This document shows positions 1-15,160 of a DNA stretch of 64,000 nucleotides, piece by piece. Under the pieces are notes generated by a model. The model had not been told where the DNA came from. It searched no databases and saw only the letters and a list, made by a program, of their open reading frames with translations. This DNA is from Pseudomonadota bacterium (lineage in GTDB: Bacteria > Pseudomonadota > Gammaproteobacteria > Steroidobacterales > Steroidobacteraceae). Position 1 is the stretch's first letter. Each line of letters starts with the position of its first letter. The stretch spans positions 7,673 through 71,672 of the forward strand of contig JAJZSQ010000002.1 of assembly GCA_021849615.1 (NCBI GenBank). Reading direction: 5' to 3'. A program made the translations under genes and the position numbers.

Positions 1-2183
<2,183 letters not shown>

Positions 2184-2324
2184 GACCACTCAGTGTACGC
2201 GCCTTGTCCAGCGGGCCGCGCCCTCGAGGTGCGGTCCGACTTTATGGACGCACTCGTCGCCTGCCGCGCTTCGCCTCGGCGTCCGGCCCGTCTACAATGC
2301 CCCCCTTTTCCGGAGGGTCTGCTC

Positions 2325-2822
<498 letters not shown>

Positions 2823-3378
2823 ATCAATCAGTTGAGTGTGAATCCGAGGCGAGCTCCCGTGAGTCTGCGGGGGCTCGCGGTTGCGCCGCTGCCGGCTGCG
2901 GCGGCGGCACCCCCTGCGGCCGGGTCTGCCAGGGCCGTCCGGGTCGCTGTGATGGCGGCCCACCGGCGCATCGATCCCGTGGGTACCGCACTCGATGATC
3001 CTGCCGGCTCGGTGGTCCGCCTGGTTGCACTGTGGCGTGGGACGCGGCAAGGGGCGGCACGACTTTGGGTCCTGCCGTTCAGTCTGTCCGGCTGACGGGT
3101 TCGCGCGGCGACGCCGTCGCGGCAGGGACTGCCGGCTGACCGGCACGTTTCGACACCCCCGCCCGTGCCCTTCGCTGGGTTCCGCCACCTTGCGGTCGCG
3201 TGCGCCGGCAGACCCATCGGGTGCTGCGGGGCGCCCGCCCCGGGAACCGAATCGTGGTCCGGACCGGGTGACATCTCGCAACATCATGAAAATTAATGAG
3301 ATAATGAAGCTCAGGTCGCCGTCGTGCGGCCAGGCCGTCCAGGCCGTAAAATTCCCGCTCCCCGTACCCCATGAGCCT

Positions 3379-4700
3379 ATGCCCCGCCACTATTACATCA
3401 AGACCTTCGGCTGCCAGATGAATGAGTACGATTCCGCCCGCATGGCGGACGTGCTGCGCGCCGGAGTGGGTCTCACCCCGACCGACGATCCTGCCGAAGC
3501 CGATGTGCTGCTGATGAACACCTGTTCGGTGCGCGAGAAGGCGCAGGACAAGGTGTTCTCCCTGCTCGGGGAATGGCGGCAGCTGAAGACGCTGCGTCCC
3601 GAGGTGCTGATCGGCGTGGGTGGATGCGTGGCCAGTCAGGAAGGGGATGCGATCACGGCGCGTGCGCCGTTCGTCGATCTGGTGTTCGGTCCGCAGACGC
3701 TGCATCGCCTCCCGGAAATGATTGCCGCGTTGCACCGCACGGGCCGCGCCCAGGTGGACGTGAGCTTCCCGGAGATCGAGAAGTTCGATCATCTGCCGGC
3801 GCCGCGCGCCGAGGGCAGCTCGGCATTCGTGTCGGTCATGGAGGGGTGCAGCAAGTACTGCAGCTTCTGCATCGTGCCCTATACACGCGGTGAGGAAGTC
3901 AGCCGGCCGTTCGATTCGGTTCTCGAAGAGATCCATCAGCTCGCCGAGCAGGGCGTGCGTGAAGTCACGCTGCTCGGGCAGAACGTCAACGCTTATCGCG
4001 GTGCGATGCGCGATGGCGCCTCCGTCGACCTCGCGACACTCATTCATCACGTCGCGGCACTCCCGGCCATCGAGCGGATCCGCTTCACTACTTCGCATCC
4101 GGTGGAATTCGACGACAGTCTCATCGAGGCCTACGCGAACGTGCCGAAGCTCGCCAATCATCTGCACCTGGCGGTGCAGAGCGGCTCGGACCGGGTGCTC
4201 GCGCTGATGAAGCGCGGGTACACCGCGCTCGAATTCAAAGACAAGGTGCGCAAGCTGCGTGCCGTGCGGCCCGACATCAGCATCTCCTCGGACATCATCG
4301 TCGGTTTTCCGGGCGAGACCGAGCGCGACTTCGAGGCGACGCTCGCGCTGGTGCGCGATGCGCAGCTCGACCAGTCGTTCAGCTTCATCTACAGCCGCCG
4401 TCCCGGGACGCCCGCGGCCTCGCTGCCGGATGAGACGCCGGAGACCGTGAAGCACGAGCGGTTGGCACGCCTGCAGGCGCAGCTCGATCAGCAGTGCCTG
4501 CAGATCAGTGCACGCATGGTCGGCAGCGTGCAGCGCGTGATCGTCGAGCGTCCGTCCAAAAAGGACGCGCGCGAGCTCGCCGGACGCACCGAGAACAATC
4601 GATGGATCAATTTCGCTGGCCCGCCTGAGCTCATCGGGCGATTCGCGGACATCGCGGTCACGGAGGCCCGGTCGCACAGTCTGCGTGGACGGCTCTGCTC

Positions 4701-4704
<4 letters not shown>
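3379..4704 (+). CDS. miaB: tRNA-i6A37 methylthiotransferase MiaB (radical SAM)
   Basis: [19 protein letters not shown] aligns with the E. coli MiaB N-terminus. Radical-SAM CxxxCxxC motif is present ([11 protein letters not shown]). The upstream in-frame part of track ORF 2995-4704 looks non-coding. Confidence 0.9.
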
Positions 4705-5674
<970 letters not shown>

Positions 5675-5675
<1 letters not shown>

Positions 5676-6169
5676 TGCGCACGCGCGCCGTGCGCATCGA
5701 GCCTCGTCCCGTGCGCCTCGAGGTGCAGCGGCGCGTACTCACCTGGGCGCCTCGCAATGCGGATTTCGCCCGTTGGGCCGCCGCGGTTCTCGGGCGGCGG
5801 GGTGCGAACCGGGAAGTGACCGTGTGCGTGGTGGGACCGGCGGAGAGCCGCAGGCTCAACGCCCGTTACCGCGGCAAGGACAAGCCGACCAACGTGCTGT
5901 CGTTTCCGGCCGCCGCGCTGCCAGCGGCGGCCGCAGCAACCGCAGTGCCGCTCGGCGACCTCGTCATCTGCGCACAGGTCGTGCGCACCGAGGCCCTGGC
6001 CCAGGGCAAGCCACTGCAGGCGCACTGGGCGCACCTCGTGGTGCACGGCGCGCTGCACCTGCTCGGCTACGATCACGAATCCGAGTCCGATGCGCGCCGC
6101 ATGGAGCGGCGCGAGATCAGCGTGCTGCGCGCGCTCGGATTCGCCAACCCGTACCGGAGTGTCCGATGA
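5675..6169 (+). CDS. ybeY: rRNA maturation endoribonuclease YbeY
   Basis: Zinc motif [16 protein letters not shown]-type overlap with the ybeZ stop. Confidence 0.9.
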
Positions 6170-7032
6170 ATCCGCCGGGTGAGACCCGCCAGTGGCTGAA
6201 GCGCCTGTGGCGCAGCTTCGCCGCCGAGCCACGCGATCGCCAGGATCTGCTGACACTGCTGCGCGAGGCACGCGAGCGGGGGCTGTTCCAGGCCGATGCC
6301 CTCACCATGATCGAGGGTGTGCTCGCCGTTTCCGATCTGCACGCGCGCGACGTGATGGTGCCGCGTGCGCAAATGGTGTGCGTGCAGCGAGACGATCCGG
6401 TCAAGCGGATCCTGCCGGTCGTGATCGAGTCGGGGCACTCGCGATTTCCGGTGCTCGATGAGGATCGCGACGACATCGCGGGCATCTTGCTCGCCAAGGA
6501 CCTGCTGCGCCTGTGCAGTGACGAGGAGCGCGAACGCTTCGATATCCGCGAATACATGCGCGCGGCGGTGTTCGTGCCGGAATCGAAACGGCTCGACGTG
6601 CTCTTGAAGGAGTTCCGCGGCAACCGCCAGCACATGGCGATCGTGGTCGATGAGTACGGCGGGGTTGCCGGCCTGATTACCATCGAGGACGTCATCGAGC
6701 AGATCGTCGGGGAGATCGACGACGAGTTCGACGTCGAGGACGATCAGAACATCCGCAAGGAAGCCGACCGGCAGTATCTGGTGCGCGGCGTGACGCGCAT
6801 CGAGGAGTTCAATGAGCACTTCGGTGCGCGCCTGCCCGAGGAGCAGGGATTTGAGACCGTGGCCGGGCTGCTGATGCGCCGCTTCGGCCGGCTGCCGCGC
6901 CGCGGCGAGGCCGTGACCATCGATGGGTTCGAATTCCGCATCACCCGGGCCGACCGGCGCCGCATCGATGCGCTGCGCGTCGTGCTGCCGGCCGGCATGA
7001 GCGCGCCGCGCGAGCCGGAGTCGGCCGTTTGA
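6166..7032 (+). CDS. corC: CBS-domain Mg/Co efflux-associated protein CorC/YbeX
   Basis: [10 protein letters not shown]..., CBS pair region (DVMVPRAQM..., GHSRFPV) and a CorC_HlyC C-terminal domain. ATG at 6166 in frame within track ORF 5773-7032 and overlapping the ybeY stop. Confidence 0.88.
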   Translation: MNPPGETRQWLKRLWRSFAAEPRDRQDLLTLLREARERGLFQADALTMIEGVLAVSDLHARDVMVPRAQMVCVQRDDPVKRILPVVIESGHSRFPVLDEDRDDIAGILLAKDLLRLCSDEERERFDIREYMRAAVFVPESKRLDVLLKEFRGNRQHMAIVVDEYGGVAGLITIEDVIEQIVGEIDDEFDVEDDQNIRKEADRQYLVRGVTRIEEFNEHFGARLPEEQGFETVAGLLMRRFGRLPRRGEAVTIDGFEFRITRADRRRIDALRVVLPAGMSAPREPESAV

Positions 7033-8597
7033 GCGGCGCGGCGCCGAGGGGATTCGCGGCCCGTGTCCGCCGCGCCGCTGGGCCTCGCTCGGCGGGAGCG
7101 TCCCCGGCAGGCCCGCTCTGGCACCATGGCCTCGCGCTGTGCGCCGGGGCGATGCTGGCTACGGCGTTCGCGCCGCAGGGCTGGTGGCCGTTCGCGCTGT
7201 TGAGCCCGGCGTTGCTGCTGGCGCTGTGGGAGAGCGCCGATGCGCGCCGGGCGGCCTGGCTCGGATTCTGGTTCGGCCTCGGCCTGTTTGCGCTCGGGAC
7301 CTACTGGCTCTACAACGCCATCGATCTCGATGCCCCGGCGTGGCTCGCTCTGTCTGCGACGCTCGCGCTGATGGGGCTGATGGCGACCTACCATGCGCTC
7401 ACCGGGTATTGGGTGGTGCGGTTCTTTCGCAGCGGCCCGCTGCGCTGGCTGCTCGCCGCACCAGGGGCTTGGCTGCTCAGCGAATGGCTGCGCGGCTGGC
7501 TGCTGTCGGGATTCCCCTGGCTGACGCTCGGGTACTCGCAAACGGGTACGGCGCTTGCGCACCTGGCGCCGCTCGCGGGCGTATACGGCATCAGCCTGGT
7601 GCTGCTCGCCGGCGCGGGGGCACTGGTGGCGCTGGTGCGCGGCACGTTGCGCGTGCGTCTGATTGCATCGGCGGTGCTGATCGTGCCGTGGCTCGCGGCG
7701 GCCGCGCTCGGTGGTATCGCGTGGACACACCCGTCCGGGCCGTCGACCTCGGTGGCCATCGTGCAGGCCAACATCCCGCAGCAGGAAAAGTGGCACAGTC
7801 TGCACCCCGAGCGGATCCTCGAGCGGTATCAACGCATGACCGAGTCGGCCCTCGGCACGCGCCTGATCGTCTGGCCGGAGTCTGCCCTGCCGGACCTGAT
7901 CAACAACCTGTTTCCCTATGTCGCTAGGCTGGATCGGGCCGCCCGTGCACACGGTTCGGCGCTCGTGCTCGGCGCGCTGCGCGAGTCCTCCTCGGGCAAT
8001 TATTACAACTCGATTCTCGCCCTCGGCCGCCAGGCCAGCTGGTACGACAAGGACCATCTGGTGCCACTCGTGGAGATCATTCCGCTGCCGCGCTTCGTGC
8101 GCCGCTGGCTGCGGGAGATGAACCTGCCGTCCTCGAGTTTCACCCGCGGCGGCCCTGACCAGAAGCCGCTGCCGGTGGCGGGTCTGAAGCTCGGCCCGAC
8201 GGTGTGCTACGAAGTGGCCTACGGCGGCTACATGCTGCGCATGCTGCCGGAGGCGGATGTGCTGGTGAACGTCACGGACGACGCCTGGTTCGGTGACAGC
8301 TCCGAGCTCGCCCAGCAGTTCCAGATGGCCCGTATGCGCACCCTCGAGGAGGGGCGGTACATGATCGTCGCGACCGACGACGGCATCTCCGGGGTCATCG
8401 GGCCGCAGGGACAGATCATCGCGGAGGCCCCGGCCATGCGCGCCGTCGTGCTGAAATCCGCGGTCATCCCGATGAGCGGCATGACGCCCTTCGCCCGGGT
8501 CGGCAATGGGCTCGCCGTCCTGCTGGCGGGGGCTGCCTTGACCGCGGCGTTCGCGCTGCGGCGGCTCGGCCGCCGCCGTACAATGCCCCTGCCGTGA
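7029..8597 (+). CDS. lnt: Apolipoprotein N-acyltransferase
   Basis: Multi-TM N-terminal half followed by a C-N hydrolase domain (VVWPE-type IVWPESAL motif, CYE). Conserved position after corC. TTG start overlapping the corC stop is uncertain. Confidence 0.85.
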   Translation: MSGAAPRGFAARVRRAAGPRSAGASPAGPLWHHGLALCAGAMLATAFAPQGWWPFALLSPALLLALWESADARRAAWLGFWFGLGLFALGTYWLYNAIDLDAPAWLALSATLALMGLMATYHALTGYWVVRFFRSGPLRWLLAAPGAWLLSEWLRGWLLSGFPWLTLGYSQTGTALAHLAPLAGVYGISLVLLAGAGALVALVRGTLRVRLIASAVLIVPWLAAAALGGIAWTHPSGPSTSVAIVQANIPQQEKWHSLHPERILERYQRMTESALGTRLIVWPESALPDLINNLFPYVARLDRAARAHGSALVLGALRESSSGNYYNSILALGRQASWYDKDHLVPLVEIIPLPRFVRRWLREMNLPSSSFTRGGPDQKPLPVAGLKLGPTVCYEVAYGGYMLRMLPEADVLVNVTDDAWFGDSSELAQQFQMARMRTLEEGRYMIVATDDGISGVIGPQGQIIAEAPAMRAVVLKSAVIPMSGMTPFARVGNGLAVLLAGAALTAAFALRRLGRRRTMPLP

Positions 8598-8662
8598 GGT
8601 GCCGTGAGGCGGCTTGCGGCGTCGACCTCCACTGAATTTGAGAACACCCAGGCGATTGTCCG

Positions 8663-11284
<2,622 letters not shown>

Positions 11285-11290
11285 GCCGCC

Positions 11291-11788
11291 GTGAAATCCA
11301 CCCTGCTGCGCCGCTTCGCTTGCGCCTGGGCCGCCTCCGCCGTGCTGCTGCTGGCGGGCTGCGGCTTTCATCTGGAAGGCCGCACGGTGCTGCCGGCGGT
11401 GATGCGCCGGCCCTACCTCCAGGCGTCCGACCAGCAGAGTGACTTCGTGCACAGCTTGCGTCGCGACCTGCTGATCTCCGGGGCCCATCCGGTCCGCGGG
11501 CCTGCCCATGCCACGGCGATTATCGTCGTGCACGAGAGCCGGGTGAAGCGGGTCCTGTCGGTATCGGCCACCAACCGGCCGACCGAGTACGAGGTGGTCT
11601 ACGCGGTGCAGTTCTCGGTGATCGCCGGCGGCAAGACGCTGCTTGAGAAGCAGACCGTGCGGACCTCGCGCTCCTACACATTCAGCGAGAACCTGCTGCT
11701 CGCCACCGAGCACGAGCAGGCGATTCTCACCGGAGCGATGGGGCGGGAGCTCGCCGACATCGTGATGCGCCGACTCGCCAAGCTGTGA
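11291..11788 (+). CDS. lptE: LPS-assembly lipoprotein LptE
   Basis: Lipobox LLLAGC, about 165 aa, located immediately after leuS as in other gammaproteobacteria. Confidence 0.8.
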   Translation: MKSTLLRRFACAWAASAVLLLAGCGFHLEGRTVLPAVMRRPYLQASDQQSDFVHSLRRDLLISGAHPVRGPAHATAIIVVHESRVKRVLSVSATNRPTEYEVVYAVQFSVIAGGKTLLEKQTVRTSRSYTFSENLLLATEHEQAILTGAMGRELADIVMRRLAKL

Positions 11789-12279
11789 CGAGCGATGTAC
11801 TGAGGCTCGCCGTGCTCGGGCCGGCGAGCGTGGCGGCGCTGCTGGCGCGCTACGGGATGAGGCTCGAGCTGTTGGCCGCCGATGAGCCGATCCCGGGTTC
11901 CTTTTGGGGCGAGTGTGAGGCGGGGCTGCGCGGCGAGACGCTCTACGCCCGGCCCGATACGCCAGTGCACTCCATCCTGCACGAGGCGTGTCATTTCATC
12001 TGCATGAGTCCCGAGCGTCGCGCTGCACTCGACACCAATGCCGGCGGCGACGATGCGGAGGAGTCCGCCGTGTGCTATCTGCAGGTGCTGCTGTCGGATG
12101 CACTGGCCGGTGTCGGGCGCGAGCGGATATGTGCAGATATGGACGCGTGGGGCTACAGCTTCCGTCTGGGCAGCACGCAGGCCTGGTTCGAGCGTGACGC
12201 CGAGGATGCGCGCGCATGGCTGCGCCGTCACGCCCTGACCGACGCATCGGACCGGCCTACCGGGCGGTGCCGGGACTGA
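11785..12279 (+). CDS. Hypothetical protein with HExxH motif (HEACH)
   Basis: 164-aa ORF whose GTG overlaps the lptE stop (GTGA). Contains SILHEACHFI. I recognise no family. Confidence 0.55.
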   Translation: MTSDVLRLAVLGPASVAALLARYGMRLELLAADEPIPGSFWGECEAGLRGETLYARPDTPVHSILHEACHFICMSPERRAALDTNAGGDDAEESAVCYLQVLLSDALAGVGRERICADMDAWGYSFRLGSTQAWFERDAEDARAWLRRHALTDASDRPTGRCRD

Positions 12280-12360
12280 CCGACCGGTCCGGCGGCACGC
12301 ACGGACCTGCCCGGCCGAGGCCGATGCGCTGGCGCAGCGCATGCGAGTCGGCCGCGCCGC

Positions 12361-12603
12361 TCAATAATGCGGCGGGCGTTCCTCTTCCGGCGTGCGCGGT
12401 GTGACGTCTGATTCGTAGGTCTGCAGGCGTGAGGCGAGCGCCCCAATCTGCTCGCGCAGAGCCTCGATGTCCCGGTGCTGGCGGAACACCACGTCGCTGA
12501 GTTCGGCGTTGGCCCGCTCCAGAAAGGCGATCTTGATCTCGATCTGTTCGATCGCGTGGGCGTTCACGGCGGGCTCATCTCCGGGTCGAAGGGCGTGGCG
12601 CAT
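12361..12603 (-). CDS. slyX: SlyX-family coiled-coil protein
   Basis: 80 aa ending ...EEERPPHY, like the E. coli SlyX C-terminus (ETPPPHY), with a heptad-like coiled-coil core. ATG (complement of 12601-12603) lies inside the longer track ORF 12361-13446. Confidence 0.75.
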   Translation of the reverse strand: MRHALRPGDEPAVNAHAIEQIEIKIAFLERANAELSDVVFRQHRDIEALREQIGALASRLQTYESDVTPRTPEEERPPHY

Positions 12604-12787
12604 TGCAACCGCATCGTCCGTGGCCGTCAAGCGCTGCGGCCAGGACGGCTGCGCTTCGGGTCGCGCCACGCCGTGGTATTTCCGTATGGCGGATCTGCCG
12701 CGGCATTGCATAGTGTGCGCTCGTGTCCTCACCGGGACCGGAGCCCCATGAGGGGCCCGCCGGAAGCTCTCCTCGGCACCGATCATC

Positions 12788-13456
12788 ATGGCGCTGCTGC
12801 ACAGATTCATCGACCGAGCGGCCGCGGGTGTGGCCCTCGCCCGCGAATTGAAGCGCAAAGGGCTGCATCCGCCGTGGATCGTGCTCGGCTTGGCGCGCGG
12901 CGGAGTCGCGGTCGCCGTCGAGGTCGCAGCCCGCCTGGGCGCACCGCTCGATGTGATGCTGGTGCGCAAGATCGGGATGCCGGGGCAGGCGGAGTTTGCC
13001 ATCGGCGCCATTGCGTGGGGCGGCATTACAGTGCGCGATCCGCACATCGTGCGCGACGGCGACGACCTCGCCGCGGCATTCGACGCGCGGGTGGTGCGTG
13101 AGCGGCGCGAGTTGGAGCGTCGCGAACGGGTATTCCGGGCGGGACTTGCACCCCTGACGCTCACGGACAAGACGGTCATCCTGGTCGATGACGGAATCGC
13201 TACCGGTTGGACCATGCTCGCGGCCGTCCGTGCCGCGCACAAGGCCGGTGCTGCGCACATCATTGCGGCAGCCCCTGTGGCCTCGCACGCGGCGCTCGGA
13301 CCCATTCGCGCCGAAGCGGACGACGTCGTGATCGTGCACGTTCCGCCGCAACTGATGGCCATCGGGGAGTGGTACGAGCATTTCGAGCAGCTCGAGGACA
13401 CCGAGGTCTCGCGTTTGCTCGCAAAGGGTCGCACCGAGCCCGCCATGGCCGAATGA
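12788..13456 (+). CDS. Type I phosphoribosyltransferase-family protein
   Basis: PRPP-binding loop VILVDDGIATGWT and an N-terminal GLARGGV motif. Confidence 0.85.
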   Translation: MALLHRFIDRAAAGVALARELKRKGLHPPWIVLGLARGGVAVAVEVAARLGAPLDVMLVRKIGMPGQAEFAIGAIAWGGITVRDPHIVRDGDDLAAAFDARVVRERRELERRERVFRAGLAPLTLTDKTVILVDDGIATGWTMLAAVRAAHKAGAAHIIAAAPVASHAALGPIRAEADDVVIVHVPPQLMAIGEWYEHFEQLEDTEVSRLLAKGRTEPAMAE

Positions 13457-13463
13457 GACTGTC

Positions 13464-14150
13464 ATGAACACCGTGCGCGCACGCACAGTGGCGATCGAGC
13501 TCGCAACGGTGAGACTCGAGGGCCTGCTGCGCGTGCCCCGGGGCGCCCGCGGGCTCGTCCTGTTCGCGCATGGCAGCGGCAGTGGCCGACTCAGTCCGCG
13601 CAACACCTACGTTGCCCAGTACCTCTCGGCGTTCCGGCTCGCCACGCTCCTGTTCGATCTGCTGACGGTGCAGGAGGCGCGCCTCGATGCGGTGACGGGG
13701 GCGATGCGTTTCGACATCGCGCGGTTGACGGACCGGCTGGCCGCGGCCACGGCCTGGGTCCGCGCGCAGCCCGCGCTGCCGGATCTGCCTCTGGGGTATT
13801 TCGGCGCCAGCACGGGGGCGGCCGCCGCGCTCGCCGCTGCCGCCCGCCTGCCGTACGTTCGGGCGGTGGTGTCCCGCGGCGGCCGACCGGACCTCGCCGG
13901 ACCGATGCTCGGGGCGGTGCGCGCCGCGACGCTGCTCATCGTCGGCGGCAATGACCGGCAGGTCCTGGCGTTGAATCGCGCGGCGCTCGCGCAACTGCGC
14001 GGGGTGGCTCGTCTGCAAGTCGTGCCGGGCGCGACGCATCTATTTGCCGAGCCCGGTGCGCTGGAGCACGTCTCGGCGCTTGCCGGAGCCTGGTTCGAGC
14101 AGCACCTGTGCGCCCCGGCCTTCGGGCGAGTGCAACGCGAGGCGGGCTGA
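13464..14150 (+). CDS. Alpha/beta hydrolase, dienelactone-hydrolase-like
   Basis: LVLFAHGSGSG, nucleophile elbow GASTGAA, and a C-terminal GATHLF His motif. Starts 8 nt after the PRT stop. Confidence 0.8.
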   Translation: MNTVRARTVAIELATVRLEGLLRVPRGARGLVLFAHGSGSGRLSPRNTYVAQYLSAFRLATLLFDLLTVQEARLDAVTGAMRFDIARLTDRLAAATAWVRAQPALPDLPLGYFGASTGAAAALAAAARLPYVRAVVSRGGRPDLAGPMLGAVRAATLLIVGGNDRQVLALNRAALAQLRGVARLQVVPGATHLFAEPGALEHVSALAGAWFEQHLCAPAFGRVQREAG

Positions 14151-15160
14151 TGGCCGCCGAGGCCGTGCTGCTCGCCCTCGACGAGAGTGGTGTGCTCGGC
14201 GCGGCCGTCGCGCGCGAGGCAGGTATGGCGCTGCTGCCGATCGAGGCGCGCCGCTTCGAGGGCGGAGAATTCAAACTGCGGCCGCTGCAGTCGGTGCGCG
14301 GCTGCGAGACGTTCGTCGTGCAGTCGCTCGCCGCGAGCCCGGCGGTGCCGGTGTGCGAGCGCCTGGTGCGGCTGTTGTTTCTGTTGCAAGGGCTGCATGA
14401 CGCCGGTGCCCGCTCCGCGACGGTGCTCGTGCCGTACCTGGCGTTCGCCCGCAAGGACCGGCGCACACAACTGCGCGATCCGGTCAGCGCCCGGTACGTT
14501 GCGGAACTGCTCGAAGCAGCACATGCGGGTGTGGTCATCGGTCTGGATGTGCACAACCCGGCGGCGTTCGACAATGCATTCCGGGTTCCAACCGTTCACC
14601 TGACCGCCATCCCGATGATGGCGGCGCACTTCGCCGGCCAAAACCCCTCGGCGCGGCTCGCCGTGGTCTCCCCGGACGTCGGTGGCATCAAGCGCGCACA
14701 GATTTTCCGCGAGCAGCTCATCGCGCACCTCGGTCGCGAGGTGGAACTGGCGTTTGTCACCAAGCGCCGCGCGAGGGATGTCGTCTCGAGCGGGAGTCTG
14801 CTCGGGGACGTGACCGGATGCACCGTCATCGTGCTCGATGATCTGTGCGCCACGGGCGGGACGCTGATTCGTGCGGCGCACGCCTGCCGGCGGGCCGGGG
14901 CCGAATCCGTCTACGTCGCCGTCACGCACGCACCGCAGCCGAGCGGCCTCGATGCGCTGGCAGCGGCCGAAGCCATCCGCGGCATCGTCGTGACCGACAG
15001 TGTCGGGCTCGACGTACCGACGGTGAGCGGGGCGCAGGCCTCGGGCAAACTCGTCACGCTGTCGGTCGCGCCGCTGCTCGGCCAGGTCGTGCAGCGGATG
15101 GCGAGCGGCGTTGCGGTGGCGCCGCTGCTCGAGCAGTGGCCGGTGCGCCCCGGGGAGTGA
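14150..15160 (+). CDS. Ribose-phosphate pyrophosphokinase (PRPP synthetase) paralog
   Basis: Aligns by eye to E. coli Prs: AFARKDRR (GYARQDRR), LDVHNP (DLHA), TKRR (DKRR), VIVLDDLCATGGT (PRPP loop). ATG overlaps the upstream stop (TGATG at 14148-14152). Confidence 0.85.
   Translation: MAAEAVLLALDESGVLGAAVAREAGMALLPIEARRFEGGEFKLRPLQSVRGCETFVVQSLAASPAVPVCERLVRLLFLLQGLHDAGARSATVLVPYLAFARKDRRTQLRDPVSARYVAELLEAAHAGVVIGLDVHNPAAFDNAFRVPTVHLTAIPMMAAHFAGQNPSARLAVVSPDVGGIKRAQIFREQLIAHLGREVELAFVTKRRARDVVSSGSLLGDVTGCTVIVLDDLCATGGTLIRAAHACRRAGAESVYVAVTHAPQPSGLDALAAAEAIRGIVVTDSVGLDVPTVSGAQASGKLVTLSVAPLLGQVVQRMASGVAVAPLLEQWPVRPGE

Noticed and set aside
2995-3378. N-terminal 128-codon extension of miaB offered by the track
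   Set aside because: MiaB homology starts exactly at [19 protein letters not shown] (3379). The upstream peptide is Arg/Cys/Gly-rich with no homology.
12734-12747. GGGAC-CGGA-GCCCC as a bona fide DosR-type box (also 16440-16451)
   Set aside because: Only partial matches to a remembered consensus in very G+C-rich DNA. Kept only as a testable side note, not annotated as a feature.
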